Below are positions 31,982 through 45,994 of a stretch of DNA of 64,000 bases, piece by piece. The stretch lies in the sequence record LC727695.1; one strand, given 5' to 3'. The notes under the pieces were generated by a model, which did no database searches, had not been told where the DNA came from, and worked only from the letters and a program-made list of their open reading frames with translations. Made by a program: the position numbers and the translations under genes. Numbering within the stretch: position 1 is the stretch's first letter; every line of letters begins with the position of its first letter.

Positions 31982-33499
31982 TTATTGGCCATATCTTTCT
32001 AATTCCATATTACAAACAGCATTTCGTTGCTTTGCAATACGTAATAGGTAACTAATTAGTGTTGCGTATTCTGGTGACATATCGGTAATAAAGCCATTAA
32101 CTAAAGATATAATCTCATTTGCATCATCACGAGCACCTTTCCAAATAGCTTTAGACCTACGTAGCTCCATGTCCTCAATGCCCTGTGCAACCTTCTTCAG
32201 TTGTTCAAGGACATCTTTTTCAGCTTTAAATAGATCACCTAAACGACGAATAGCTTCTTTATTAACTTCTAATGTTTTACGCACTTCAACAGGCGGCCTT
32301 GGCTCGATCGTGATTGTATCTGGACCATCACCATGTTTATCTTCACCAAGTCGTGGAGCATATTTATCTTTCTGGAATATAAGTTTACTATTACCAGGTA
32401 GAGAAGTATCTTTTACTTTATCTAACTGATTAGCTTCACCAATAAATTCAAAAGCCTCTTTAAACTTATCTAGTTCATTATCTTCTAAGTCGTAGTCTTT
32501 AATTAATTTAACTACTTTATCAATGTTTGATCTAGCTATATTTGGCCATTCTTTAGCTAGAAATTGACTAACTTTTGTTTCATTAGTTAAATCGTCTAAA
32601 ACAAATTCATCACCAATGAATAACATTTTAGGATTGTCAATTTTAATTGACATATCAAAATCAGGTGTTACCCTTTCATTTGATACAGTTGGCTTATTGA
32701 TTAAACTTTTCGCTTTTTCAATTAACTCATCAGTTTTATCTTCAACTGATTTGATTCCAGTTAGTACACGCTGTGCCGCTACTTTAGCTTGTTCAATAAC
32801 ATGGACTATTAAAGCAAGTATCTTTTTACCTATACTTTCAATACGTTCTTTTATTTCTTCTTGAGAAATATTTACAAAACGCATAGCGCTGCTAGGGGTT
32901 GCATTAAAATCTTCAATACTAATCTTTTCAAAGCCGATAAGCTTATCAATTGATTCTAATGTAACGTGCATAAAAGCAGCTGATTGTTTAGTAATACCTC
33001 TATCACCAGCGGTATTTAATAAATCTATAAAACATTCTAAACTAGTACGCGCATGCAGTAATTGATTTAGCTGATATGTCATGTTTTGAGATGGAGGTGT
33101 ATCATACGCAAAGATATTTAAATGATCATCATCACTATCTAAATCTTTACCATCCACTGGTGTAGGTCTATTATCAGGACTTTCTCGGGTATCATGGGGT
33201 GATGCTGGATATTCTTCTGATGCGACGTATGTTTTACCAAATGAATCAACTTCAGTAACTAAACCACGATCTGATTTCCAATGGATATTAGGTTTATGTG
33301 CTTCTTCAACATCTAACCCATTATTAGTTGCTTTTACATCATTTGGTAATTCATCAATTAATTTGGCAGCTTCTTCTGGTTCTTTAGATATTTGCTTGTC
33401 GTCTGTAGCAGCGTGCTTTAGTTTGGCTTTCGCGACTTTTTCTTTTACTTCGACAACACCATAACCTTCTAAACTATCAAGTAACTTATTTAAGTTCAT
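31982..33499 (-). CDS. Internal head protein (gp94-like)
   Basis: 505 aa, AG.RGITKQSAAFMHV and ISQE|EIK motifs. Confidence 0.8.
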   Translation of the reverse strand: MNLNKLLDSLEGYGVVEVKEKVAKAKLKHAATDDKQISKEPEEAAKLIDELPNDVKATNNGLDVEEAHKPNIHWKSDRGLVTEVDSFGKTYVASEEYPASPHDTRESPDNRPTPVDGKDLDSDDDHLNIFAYDTPPSQNMTYQLNQLLHARTSLECFIDLLNTAGDRGITKQSAAFMHVTLESIDKLIGFEKISIEDFNATPSSAMRFVNISQEEIKERIESIGKKILALIVHVIEQAKVAAQRVLTGIKSVEDKTDELIEKAKSLINKPTVSNERVTPDFDMSIKIDNPKMLFIGDEFVLDDLTNETKVSQFLAKEWPNIARSNIDKVVKLIKDYDLEDNELDKFKEAFEFIGEANQLDKVKDTSLPGNSKLIFQKDKYAPRLGEDKHGDGPDTITIEPRPPVEVRKTLEVNKEAIRRLGDLFKAEKDVLEQLKKVAQGIEDMELRRSKAIWKGARDDANEIISLVNGFITDMSPEYATLISYLLRIAKQRNAVCNMELERYGQ

Positions 33500-33536
33500 T
33501 TACAATTCCTCAAGAATACTTAATTACATAGCATAA

Positions 33537-33558
33537 GAGGAACCCCGAAGGGTTCCTC
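33537..33558 (-). terminator. Intrinsic terminator with UUCG loop
   Basis: GAGGAACCC-TTCG-GGGTTCCTC on the minus strand. Confidence 0.85.
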
Positions 33559-33568
33559 ATTATGTTTG

Positions 33569-34876
33569 TTACTTCTCATCATTCTCAGGTGCTTTAGAAG
33601 TTTCTTTGCCGTACGCAGCTAATTCATGTTTAACAATAAATGTATACTGCGCAGCGATGCATTTAGCAATATAGTTAACTAGTGCACTATTATCAATACC
33701 ACCAATATTCAGTGCATCACGCGCTGTTTCTTTTGACATGCCTGCTTCGTCAGGATTCCAATCAGCTAGGGCCTTTTCAAGATTCTCAGCAATCTTGTAA
33801 TCAATCTTATTAAAGTCCTGTAGTTTAATAACAAGACCTTTAAGAATATTAAGATGTGCTAAGATTTTACTCGGTGCACGGACATCAACTTCAACTTCAT
33901 GTAGATCCGTTTCCCCATCACCCTCAACAACTTCCCACTTATTCACACCTGACTTAGAAGAAGTAACTTCTAACTTAACATTACCAGGAGCTTTCTCAAC
34001 GGCTTTATTAATATCTTCAGCCATCTTAGCTTGTAAATCACTGGTGACTTGATCAATATCAATAGACTTGTCACCTTTGAGATAACGTACTCCAAGTTCG
34101 CCATATTTCCTAAGAGCAGATACATACTGAGTTGAGAATACAGTCATGAAGTCTGCAATAGTCTTCGGATTATTTGCAATAAAGCCACTACTAGATACCA
34201 TATACTCAGAAGGAGTGAACTTAATCTCTTCTTTCTTTAGATCACCGGCTTTGAGTGATTTAATAGCATCAATAGTTTTAGTAATACGCATATCGAGTGC
34301 AATCAGCTTAGGATTAAAATCTTTAATCTTCTGCTTTATCATTGCAACAATTTTCTTGATAATCTCTAAAGCTTTCTTACCTGCTTCTTTTAGTTTCTCT
34401 TTGAGATCCTCAAGAGAGATAACAGCTGCTTTCTGAATAGCGCTGCGTGGAGAAGCATCGTAATTCTCAAGCGCGGCAGTGAGTCCAGATTTTTCAATAC
34501 CTAGGATACGATCGATTGATTCCATGCCAACATGCATGAAGGCAGCTGCTTGTCGAGAGATACCATCTTCACCAGCTTGAAGTAAAAGACCTTGGAACTT
34601 TTCAAGTGCTTCTTTAGCATCTTCAATTAGCCCTAATTCATCTTCAGCTTGAACAATAGTTACTTCAGTATCTAATGCAGTTGGTTGAATAGCATCATCT
34701 GCATCAAGAACTTCTTCTACGGGATTATTTTCAATCTGATCTACTTCTGCTAAAACGGATGATACATCAGCAGAAGTTTTATTTTCAACGACTAATTCAA
34801 CATCACCATGAATCGTAGTGCCTTGATCTTCAATTGATTCAAGTGATAGTTTGTCTAGCATTTTAAGTAGAGACAT
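33569..34876 (-). CDS. Internal head protein (gp93-like)
   Basis: 435 aa, AGEDGISRQAAAFMHV and ISLE|DLK motifs. Confidence 0.8.
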   Translation of the reverse strand: MSLLKMLDKLSLESIEDQGTTIHGDVELVVENKTSADVSSVLAEVDQIENNPVEEVLDADDAIQPTALDTEVTIVQAEDELGLIEDAKEALEKFQGLLLQAGEDGISRQAAAFMHVGMESIDRILGIEKSGLTAALENYDASPRSAIQKAAVISLEDLKEKLKEAGKKALEIIKKIVAMIKQKIKDFNPKLIALDMRITKTIDAIKSLKAGDLKKEEIKFTPSEYMVSSSGFIANNPKTIADFMTVFSTQYVSALRKYGELGVRYLKGDKSIDIDQVTSDLQAKMAEDINKAVEKAPGNVKLEVTSSKSGVNKWEVVEGDGETDLHEVEVDVRAPSKILAHLNILKGLVIKLQDFNKIDYKIAENLEKALADWNPDEAGMSKETARDALNIGGIDNSALVNYIAKCIAAQYTFIVKHELAAYGKETSKAPENDEK

Positions 34877-34881
34877 GTTAA

Positions 34882-36204
34882 TTACCTTACCTGGGAGGGA
34901 TTATTTACTTGTTCTTGCGTAGGTCTTTGAATTGGACGCTGGTAAGCTTTTAATTCTAACTCGGTCACGAATACTAGTCGACCCATTACTCTGACTAAAC
35001 CAGCAAGAGCATTACTAAAATCTGTTACAACGCGACTTACATTATTGATCATTAATGTAATTGAATTAATGATATTTGAGATAGCAGGGATGCCATCAGG
35101 TGCATCAGGATCTTGAACTTTTGCTTGACGATTTCGCATATTAGATTGTTGTGCCCGAATCCTACCAGCTTGTTGACGATTAGTCTCGGCTAACTGCATT
35201 AACCTACCAAATTCAAAATCTAGTTTAGTTGCATAATCTTTTCTAGCATCTATACGTTTAGCCATTTCGCTTAATAATACTAACCGTCTTCCAATTGAAC
35301 TCGTATCATTAACCTTAAAGGTATTGTTACCTTCAGGTGCATCCTTCATAGTAGGAATAGTATAAAACTTAAAGGCAAAATCACGGACAGTATTTACTAA
35401 AAAATCCCAATCCCTGATCTCTTCAGTCTGTGTTTCAGTTGGCCCTGCGCCAAATAAAGTCTTATTACCTTGAACTGGCATACTACGATAAACTGTAGAA
35501 CTTACTCTAAATCTATCATCTTTCTTAATAGGTACTGCACCCTTCATCCAGTTCTTAACATTAAACTTACTAAAGTCTTGTGCAGCTCTATCAGTCCATT
35601 TTTCATCAAATGATAATTTCCTAAGGATATCCGCTACAGATTGGATATACAAGAGTAGGGATTTATCATAGAAAGCTATCAAGTTGTTAACTTGCATGAG
35701 TATCGGATCAACTGTAGTCGGTTCGAATTTACCATCAATACTAAATCGTTTAGTATTTTTAAATTTTAATTCTTGCTTAAATGGCTCATGCTTAATATTT
35801 TCAGCTCTTTCTAAAAGCATGTTTATTCGTTCAAGAGTACGTTGATTACCTTGTGTAATAACACGTGCATACTCTTTTAACTCATCTCGATGCTTTGCTT
35901 GGGATTTTTTCATTTCATCCCAGGTATTTCGTGCTGTCTTAGATAGGTCTTCTAATGACACATTCTCAGTTTTTAGAATGTGTTCACTAACAACATCTTG
36001 GTTATCTGCATATTTTTGAAATAAGCCATCGGTATAGGTTTTAACTAAAATGTCTTTTTCAGTGCATTCTAATCTACTTTGAATATCTTCAATTGATGGC
36101 AATAATTCTTTTAGATATCCATCGCATGTAGCGATCATATCGACGGGGCTGTCCCCGTCGATTGATTCAAGTAAGACCGAATGACTAAGTGAATTATTAG
36201 TCAT
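34882..36204 (-). CDS. Head protein (gp92-like)
   Basis: 440 aa, VSLE|DLS motif. Confidence 0.7.
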   Translation of the reverse strand: MTNNSLSHSVLLESIDGDSPVDMIATCDGYLKELLPSIEDIQSRLECTEKDILVKTYTDGLFQKYADNQDVVSEHILKTENVSLEDLSKTARNTWDEMKKSQAKHRDELKEYARVITQGNQRTLERINMLLERAENIKHEPFKQELKFKNTKRFSIDGKFEPTTVDPILMQVNNLIAFYDKSLLLYIQSVADILRKLSFDEKWTDRAAQDFSKFNVKNWMKGAVPIKKDDRFRVSSTVYRSMPVQGNKTLFGAGPTETQTEEIRDWDFLVNTVRDFAFKFYTIPTMKDAPEGNNTFKVNDTSSIGRRLVLLSEMAKRIDARKDYATKLDFEFGRLMQLAETNRQQAGRIRAQQSNMRNRQAKVQDPDAPDGIPAISNIINSITLMINNVSRVVTDFSNALAGLVRVMGRLVFVTELELKAYQRPIQRPTQEQVNNPSQVR

Positions 36205-36213
36205 AGATAGTCC

Positions 36214-36759
36214 TCAGTCCTTATCTATTACTTCTACAGATCCAAATAGTAGATGTAGGGTATACATTAGATCATTCATACCGTTTTTGTGTTTAACCCA
36301 ATTCTGGATCATTGAAACAGTATCTAGATCTAATTTTAACTCATTAAAGAGAGTAGCAATTTCAGCGCGCGGTTCAATGAGTTGTGCACCAGCATCTGGT
36401 TCAGTAGCTAGTAACATTGGCCATTGGGTAATTGAAATACGTCGATGACCCGTAGCAATGTATCGAACAGTATCTAATAGGAATTGATAATTATAACTAT
36501 CAATATTACTATTATTGTCCTGTAGAATAAACCAATTATAGTTTCCGCTAAAAAGACGAATAGCACAAGCTAGAACTTTCTTATGGAATTCCCAATATGC
36601 AGTTTGTGCAGGAAAGTTGGTAAAGATAAGATATAGTTCTTCAACTTGAGGATCACCGGGACGAGCAGTGAACCGTGAAATGGCCTGTTGTTGACCACCT
36701 GAGTAATTACGACCAAATGGGCGTACAGCATTAGTTGCTGGCATATCAATGCCCTCCAT
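36214..36759 (-). CDS. Head protein (gp91-like)
   Basis: 181 aa with overlapping start/stop. The true start may be the internal MPATN codon (GGAGG RBS). Confidence 0.65.
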   Translation of the reverse strand: MEGIDMPATNAVRPFGRNYSGGQQQAISRFTARPGDPQVEELYLIFTNFPAQTAYWEFHKKVLACAIRLFSGNYNWFILQDNNSNIDSYNYQFLLDTVRYIATGHRRISITQWPMLLATEPDAGAQLIEPRAEIATLFNELKLDLDTVSMIQNWVKHKNGMNDLMYTLHLLFGSVEVIDKD

Positions 36760-37691
36760 TAGTGACCAAGAGATAGTAGATCACGATGGTTAGCAAAGAA
36801 CTCAGATGCGCGATCTTGGATCATACCTAGGCGATAGTTATAATCAGAGATACGAATTTCATACTCTTTAATAAGCTTCTGTAGGCGTGCATCCACTTTA
36901 CCATTACTTTGCATTTCCCGCATTTCTTGTAAACGTAGTTGAAGTGCAAGGAATTCTTGCTCAGCTTCTTTAAAACGTTCAACCTGATACTCAGCTAAGA
37001 ACTTGCCAAATAGCACGAACGGGTTCTGACGAGGTGAGAAGCCATCCATGTTAAGTGGATCACGTTGAGCTATAGAGAGAGCACTCACAGCTACATCATA
37101 AGTACCTTCATTGACTTCAGCACTAGATGCACGACTTAAGCGTTGTTTCAGTTCATTAGTCTTAAGACTCATTGCTGGATACAGAGTAATGAATTGCGCC
37201 ATATTAGTGTATAGCCATTCTTTCTCAGCACGAGATGATTTTAATTCTGTAGCCTTACCTAATTTCATTGCTTCTTGTGCAATTAGATTTAGTAGTAGTT
37301 TACGGCCATAACGAATATAGAAACTAAGACCATCAACAAAACGTAACATGTTTGCACGGTCAAAGGTTAGATTAGAGTTAGTAAACTGAATAGCAAATAA
37401 ACGCCGGATTTCGCTTTCGATCATATCAAAGCTACCACGAATATTTGAAAGAGTATCCAGTACTAGTTTAATCGGTTCAGTATTAAAACTAATCGCTCGC
37501 CGTAGTTCAGTAGATAACCGCATACCTAAATCTGATTTAAGTTGCATATTACCAAATACTTCACCTACATCGTCAATAATTGGTGCGAGAGTTGCATCAT
37601 ATTCTTCACGTAATGAACGGATTTGATTTAATAGTTCACGACGTTCAGTAACTGGTGCGAGTTCACGTACATAATCAATAATTCTCATCAC
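36759..37691 (-). CDS. Abundant inner head protein (gp90-like)
   Basis: 310 aa with a C-terminal coiled coil. Assigned by synteny. Confidence 0.7.
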   Translation of the reverse strand: MMRIIDYVRELAPVTERRELLNQIRSLREEYDATLAPIIDDVGEVFGNMQLKSDLGMRLSTELRRAISFNTEPIKLVLDTLSNIRGSFDMIESEIRRLFAIQFTNSNLTFDRANMLRFVDGLSFYIRYGRKLLLNLIAQEAMKLGKATELKSSRAEKEWLYTNMAQFITLYPAMSLKTNELKQRLSRASSAEVNEGTYDVAVSALSIAQRDPLNMDGFSPRQNPFVLFGKFLAEYQVERFKEAEQEFLALQLRLQEMREMQSNGKVDARLQKLIKEYEIRISDYNYRLGMIQDRASEFFANHRDLLSLGH

Positions 37692-37698
37692 TCAGTCC

Positions 37699-38862
37699 TT
37701 AAATATTGGTAGACATGGTTTTATTCATCATTTTAAAGATCTCAGTGATATCCGGACCTTTATTCTTTTCAGCCATTTTAATTTCATCAAGTCGGTGAGA
37801 TGTAGATAGATCAACCCCACGATGATAAATAGTTACTCGCTCATAACGGTCATCAATAACAACAAGCATCATTAGATAGCTATTGTCAAAGATCTTTTGC
37901 CGAGTGGCGAAATCATCAATACGACCATAAAGAGAATTAGAAGCAGCTTTAAGAGTTGAAGTTGATACAATCGCGATATTTGATGCATCTGCTAATGAAA
38001 CCGTACCACTGCGAACTGATTGTTTCCAGTTGTTACGGCGACGATCGGTGATTTGTTTATAAACACCTGATTTATCATTCATTAGAATGCGATAATGTTC
38101 ATCGATCATATCTTGACCTAGAACGAAGTCACGCCAGAATTTAATTTGACCAGTTTTTACTAGAAATAGGCGATGTAGCCAAGTATCTCGTCCACCAGCA
38201 CTAAAGATGTGCGCAATAATCTGAGGACTAACAGCGGCTGGAATTAAACGGATCATAACAGGAATTTTAGCTTTCTGCTTTCCTGATTTAACATCAACGT
38301 TAACCAGCTTACCAACGGCAAGGTTTTCAACTTCATAAATCTTTTGTGTATCACCACTAGAAATACTTTGTGCACTTGTACTTTCGTCATTCGCTTCCAT
38401 TGAAGCTACCCAACGCTCATGTGAGTGTTCAGCGACGATATTTGGTAAATGCACAGGCTTCTCAAAAGACTCTAATGAAGGAAGACCATCAGAATACTCT
38501 TCGGCAGAGAATACACTAGTGCGAGTTACACCTGTACGGTTAGGATTAATAGTATCGAATACTTTTAAAGTATCAATCTTATCCACACCTAGAAGCATAT
38601 TAACAGCTTGTAGATAATAACCAGTAAAAGACGATGAAACAAATTTCATAACGTCTTTCATGTAAGGTTGATCAACTAAGGTTTGGTCTACGATGACCAA
38701 TGGTTCAACACGAGTTGGACGTGCTAGATCGGTTAGAGAAGAAATCTCTACACCATTTTTAGTGGCTTGTAGGACAGTCTGCATTAGACCACGTACACCT
38801 TGATCAGCAGCAACAGTCATCAGAGCAGAACTTACTGCTCCGGCGATTACAGGTAATGGCAT
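37699..38862 (-). CDS. Abundant inner head protein (gp89-like)
   Basis: 387 aa, ASME|AND cleavage-type motif, synteny. Confidence 0.75.
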   Translation of the reverse strand: MPLPVIAGAVSSALMTVAADQGVRGLMQTVLQATKNGVEISSLTDLARPTRVEPLVIVDQTLVDQPYMKDVMKFVSSSFTGYYLQAVNMLLGVDKIDTLKVFDTINPNRTGVTRTSVFSAEEYSDGLPSLESFEKPVHLPNIVAEHSHERWVASMEANDESTSAQSISSGDTQKIYEVENLAVGKLVNVDVKSGKQKAKIPVMIRLIPAAVSPQIIAHIFSAGGRDTWLHRLFLVKTGQIKFWRDFVLGQDMIDEHYRILMNDKSGVYKQITDRRRNNWKQSVRSGTVSLADASNIAIVSTSTLKAASNSLYGRIDDFATRQKIFDNSYLMMLVVIDDRYERVTIYHRGVDLSTSHRLDEIKMAEKNKGPDITEIFKMMNKTMSTNI

Positions 38863-38898
38863 TTTTCTCTTCCTATATGGGTTTGCAGAGAGTTATAA

Positions 38899-42870
<3,972 letters not shown>

Positions 42871-42878
42871 GGTCATAA

Positions 42879-42898
42879 GCCCTCCCCTAGGGGAGGGC
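42879..42898. terminator. Bidirectional terminator
   Basis: GCCCTCCC-ctag-GGGAGGGC between convergent genes, with CATAA/TTATG flanks. Confidence 0.9.
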
Positions 42899-42911
42899 AT
42901 TATGTTGTATT

Positions 42912-44201
42912 TTACATTGCATAACCACGTTTAAAGTCATCGATGACTTTATCAAATCGACGCTGCCATTCGCGAATAGCATCATTGAAGCCATGGATCT
43001 TATAATCTTCACTAACTACTTGTGCACACTTACCATAATAGTTAAGTACGCAACTAGCTGCTAGATATTGTGCTTGAGAATATTCAAACATCGTATCAGT
43101 AATACGACGCATACCTTCAAGGGAAGTGTTGATTAATTGAACAGACTCACCAATAGCATCAATAGTTTCTTGACTATAATTACGTGATAGTTGCTTTAAC
43201 TTACGTAGAGCATCACTGCTATTGCGATATGCTTTTAACAAATCATCAAGTGGTGCGACAAAACGATCTTTTAACAGATGTGAGTTTTTCCAGAAATTCT
43301 TATCAGGGAAATCTGGAATGCTTGAACGATCAGGATACACTGTAGATAGTTCATTGCACCGGGTAGCTAGTTTACCAATCTCACGGATATTAGCGATAGG
43401 CATAAGTGCACGATAATCATCACCATTGTAATTAACATATTCAATGATAGTGCCAACTAGCTTTTCCATTGTACCTAGTTCAGTACGTGCTTCATTATTA
43501 ATATTAATGATTTCTTTCTGGTAGTATACACTACCAAATGCAGCAGCATATACACGACTAGCTAGGATTTTAGGATCATCAATGATTGATTGTGCAATTG
43601 CATCAAACTTTTCTAGTAATGCATCCTTTCGATTACCTAATCGATTTTTAACTAGTAACTCTTGAAAGAGAGTACGTGCTTGATCAACTGCCCGGACAAT
43701 CTTTCCATAACGAGTTGCTACAACAACATCACGCTTCTTAAAATCACTAATCCAACGCATCAGCTTAGCAAATAGTTCCATTAGTTTCTCAAACCAAGTC
43801 TTAAGAGTATTAATGATGGTAGCCATCACTGCCTCTTGAGAAATAGTCACATTAAGAGTACTACGGGTTGGTGTAAACATAGAAGCATATTGCTCAAGTG
43901 AAGCTACTGCTTTCTTAGGAGCTTCAAACCCTTCAGTGCTCATGCGCTTAACTAATGCTCGAATACCATCAACATCTGGTTTTGATACGCCTTCAAGTTT
44001 AGTGATTGCATAAATATCAGATAGCTGATGAATCGCTTCGACAGCTACACACATCTTAGCTAAAATTTCAGGAGCCGAGGCACTTGAAACAGTCTCTTCT
44101 TCGCCTTCAACCATCTCTGGTTGGTTCTCATCAAAGAAAAGTTTTTCCTCTTCGACATCTACTTCTTTAACATGAGACATGGGTTTAACCTCACTCATCA
44201 A
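42912..44201 (-). CDS. Head protein (gp86-like)
   Basis: 429 aa, ASLE and ISQE|AV motifs similar to the inner-head paralogs. Confidence 0.7.
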   Translation of the reverse strand: MMSEVKPMSHVKEVDVEEEKLFFDENQPEMVEGEEETVSSASAPEILAKMCVAVEAIHQLSDIYAITKLEGVSKPDVDGIRALVKRMSTEGFEAPKKAVASLEQYASMFTPTRSTLNVTISQEAVMATIINTLKTWFEKLMELFAKLMRWISDFKKRDVVVATRYGKIVRAVDQARTLFQELLVKNRLGNRKDALLEKFDAIAQSIIDDPKILASRVYAAAFGSVYYQKEIININNEARTELGTMEKLVGTIIEYVNYNGDDYRALMPIANIREIGKLATRCNELSTVYPDRSSIPDFPDKNFWKNSHLLKDRFVAPLDDLLKAYRNSSDALRKLKQLSRNYSQETIDAIGESVQLINTSLEGMRRITDTMFEYSQAQYLAASCVLNYYGKCAQVVSEDYKIHGFNDAIREWQRRFDKVIDDFKRGYAM

Positions 44202-44640
44202 TACTACCGATTAATTGATTTAATGCATTACCCATGTCTGCTTGGATACGGTTATAATCTGGGCCATTAACAACGGCAGAGACAATATTGATATCATCGA
44301 CAGTTAGATAATCATTAGCGGTATCAGATGTCAGTACAGCTTTGACAAGACATGGATCAGTAATACCGTTGATAAGACTTTGGCGAATGCGAAGAATATT
44401 GTTAAAATATGTTACGGCTAGTTTAGTATCAACTGCAATATTCTCATTAACTTTACTTAAGATTTTCTTAAATTTAGCAACAGCTTTATCCTGTTGTTCA
44501 TTGAAATCAAGTAAAATCTCAAATGGAATCTGTAATGCCACCGCATTAGCTAGGAGCATTGCGCGGGTTTTACGATCAGAACCACCTAAGTTAGGCAGTT
44601 GCTTTAGAATACGGGAAAGTTCAAAACCTAATTGTTGCAT
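44191..44640 (-). CDS. Head protein (gp85-like)
   Basis: 149 aa in the late operon. Confidence 0.65.
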   Translation of the reverse strand: MQQLGFELSRILKQLPNLGGSDRKTRAMLLANAVALQIPFEILLDFNEQQDKAVAKFKKILSKVNENIAVDTKLAVTYFNNILRIRQSLINGITDPCLVKAVLTSDTANDYLTVDDINIVSAVVNGPDYNRIQADMGNALNQLIGSIDE

Positions 44641-44651
44641 GATTTTTCTCT

Positions 44652-45893
44652 CTATTTAGTTAAGCGGTAGGCTCTTACAAATAAGTCATTATTTAATAGA
44701 CTTTCTAAAGTATCTTCTAATTCAGTAGCCCGTTTATCTTTACGACGCTGGGGACTAAGGAAATCTAAAATTTTATCAAAAATGGTCCACTCATTAGCTA
44801 AATCATTTATCAATGAATCAATTACTTTAATGTCATCATCAATTCCTGGTTTTAGTGATGAGTCCTTTACCCATTTAAGTTGTGCTACTAGATCTTGTTT
44901 AATTTTCATTAAACGTTGTCGTTGTTTGTCATAACGTGAACTAATTGGATCATATCCAACTTTTAAATTACCGGCAATGATACCTAGTGTAACAGGTAAA
45001 CCAATGATCATAAATAGACCTTTGAATACCTCAGCAGTAATATGGCTAGAAACAGATTTATATTCACGGTCATTATAATACCGACCTGATTTAGTTAATG
45101 CCGTTGCCAGTGGCCTTCCATAACCTAATCGAGTGGCGAATAAATCAGCTAATTGTTCATCGCGTTTACGTGATTGAACATCACCAGTTAAATGCGGACG
45201 TTGCGCTTTCTTAAATGATGATAGAATGACTTTACGAATATTTCCTTCAGTCCTATCATTAGCAAACTTCTCATAATCGGCTGGATCAACGTTTTTCTTT
45301 AACCATGTTTCATCCAATAATTGAATCTTATACTTATTAGCTTTCCTACCCTGTAAGATAAGTATACCTTCAGTAAGTGCATAGTTAAGATAGACGTAGT
45401 CACCCATTGTAGCCAGTGTTTCCCAACAATGCCCAATTTCATGTAATGTAATGGCAGTAGCTTCTGCTATACTAACACGGTTAATAGCCGATAATAAACC
45501 AATAGATAAACCGACCTTGTATTTAAAAGTTGAAACAGCCTCACCCGTAACTTTTAAATTTGTTAAATCAATATTAATGAATGTATTGACACCTTGCTCA
45601 GTTGCTAAAGTAACTCGATTAATATTGTCAAATTTACTACCAGTATGTCCAACTGTAAAGGATGTGTATGCACCACCCATTATACCCTGATCATCCAGGT
45701 GTGTAAACTCTATATTCATATTGAGGATCTTAGAAACATCATCACTCAGTGACCTAAAATCATTAATATCTATTCTCTGTTGATTATCTAATTTATCACG
45801 AATCTTGGTTAGATGTTCTTCGATCAATGGACCTAAGTCACGCTTAACATTCACATCTAACACTTCATTAGAGATTTCTATCGTATGTAGCAT
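44652..45893 (-). CDS. Virion protein with a zincin metallopeptidase motif (gp84-like)
   Basis: ITLHEIGH (HExxH) plus downstream DEQLADLFATRLGYG (ExxAD), as in M48/M56-like peptidases. Confidence 0.75.
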   Translation of the reverse strand: MLHTIEISNEVLDVNVKRDLGPLIEEHLTKIRDKLDNQQRIDINDFRSLSDDVSKILNMNIEFTHLDDQGIMGGAYTSFTVGHTGSKFDNINRVTLATEQGVNTFINIDLTNLKVTGEAVSTFKYKVGLSIGLLSAINRVSIAEATAITLHEIGHCWETLATMGDYVYLNYALTEGILILQGRKANKYKIQLLDETWLKKNVDPADYEKFANDRTEGNIRKVILSSFKKAQRPHLTGDVQSRKRDEQLADLFATRLGYGRPLATALTKSGRYYNDREYKSVSSHITAEVFKGLFMIIGLPVTLGIIAGNLKVGYDPISSRYDKQRQRLMKIKQDLVAQLKWVKDSSLKPGIDDDIKVIDSLINDLANEWTIFDKILDFLSPQRRKDKRATELEDTLESLLNNDLFVRAYRLTK

Positions 45894-45994
45894 TTTATAT
45901 CTCTACCAGTATTAATTTATAATCATAAAGATAAGGCTGCGTTGTATAGAATTCAATCTTATGCACTACGTATTATAAAAGAGGCGCACACAAA

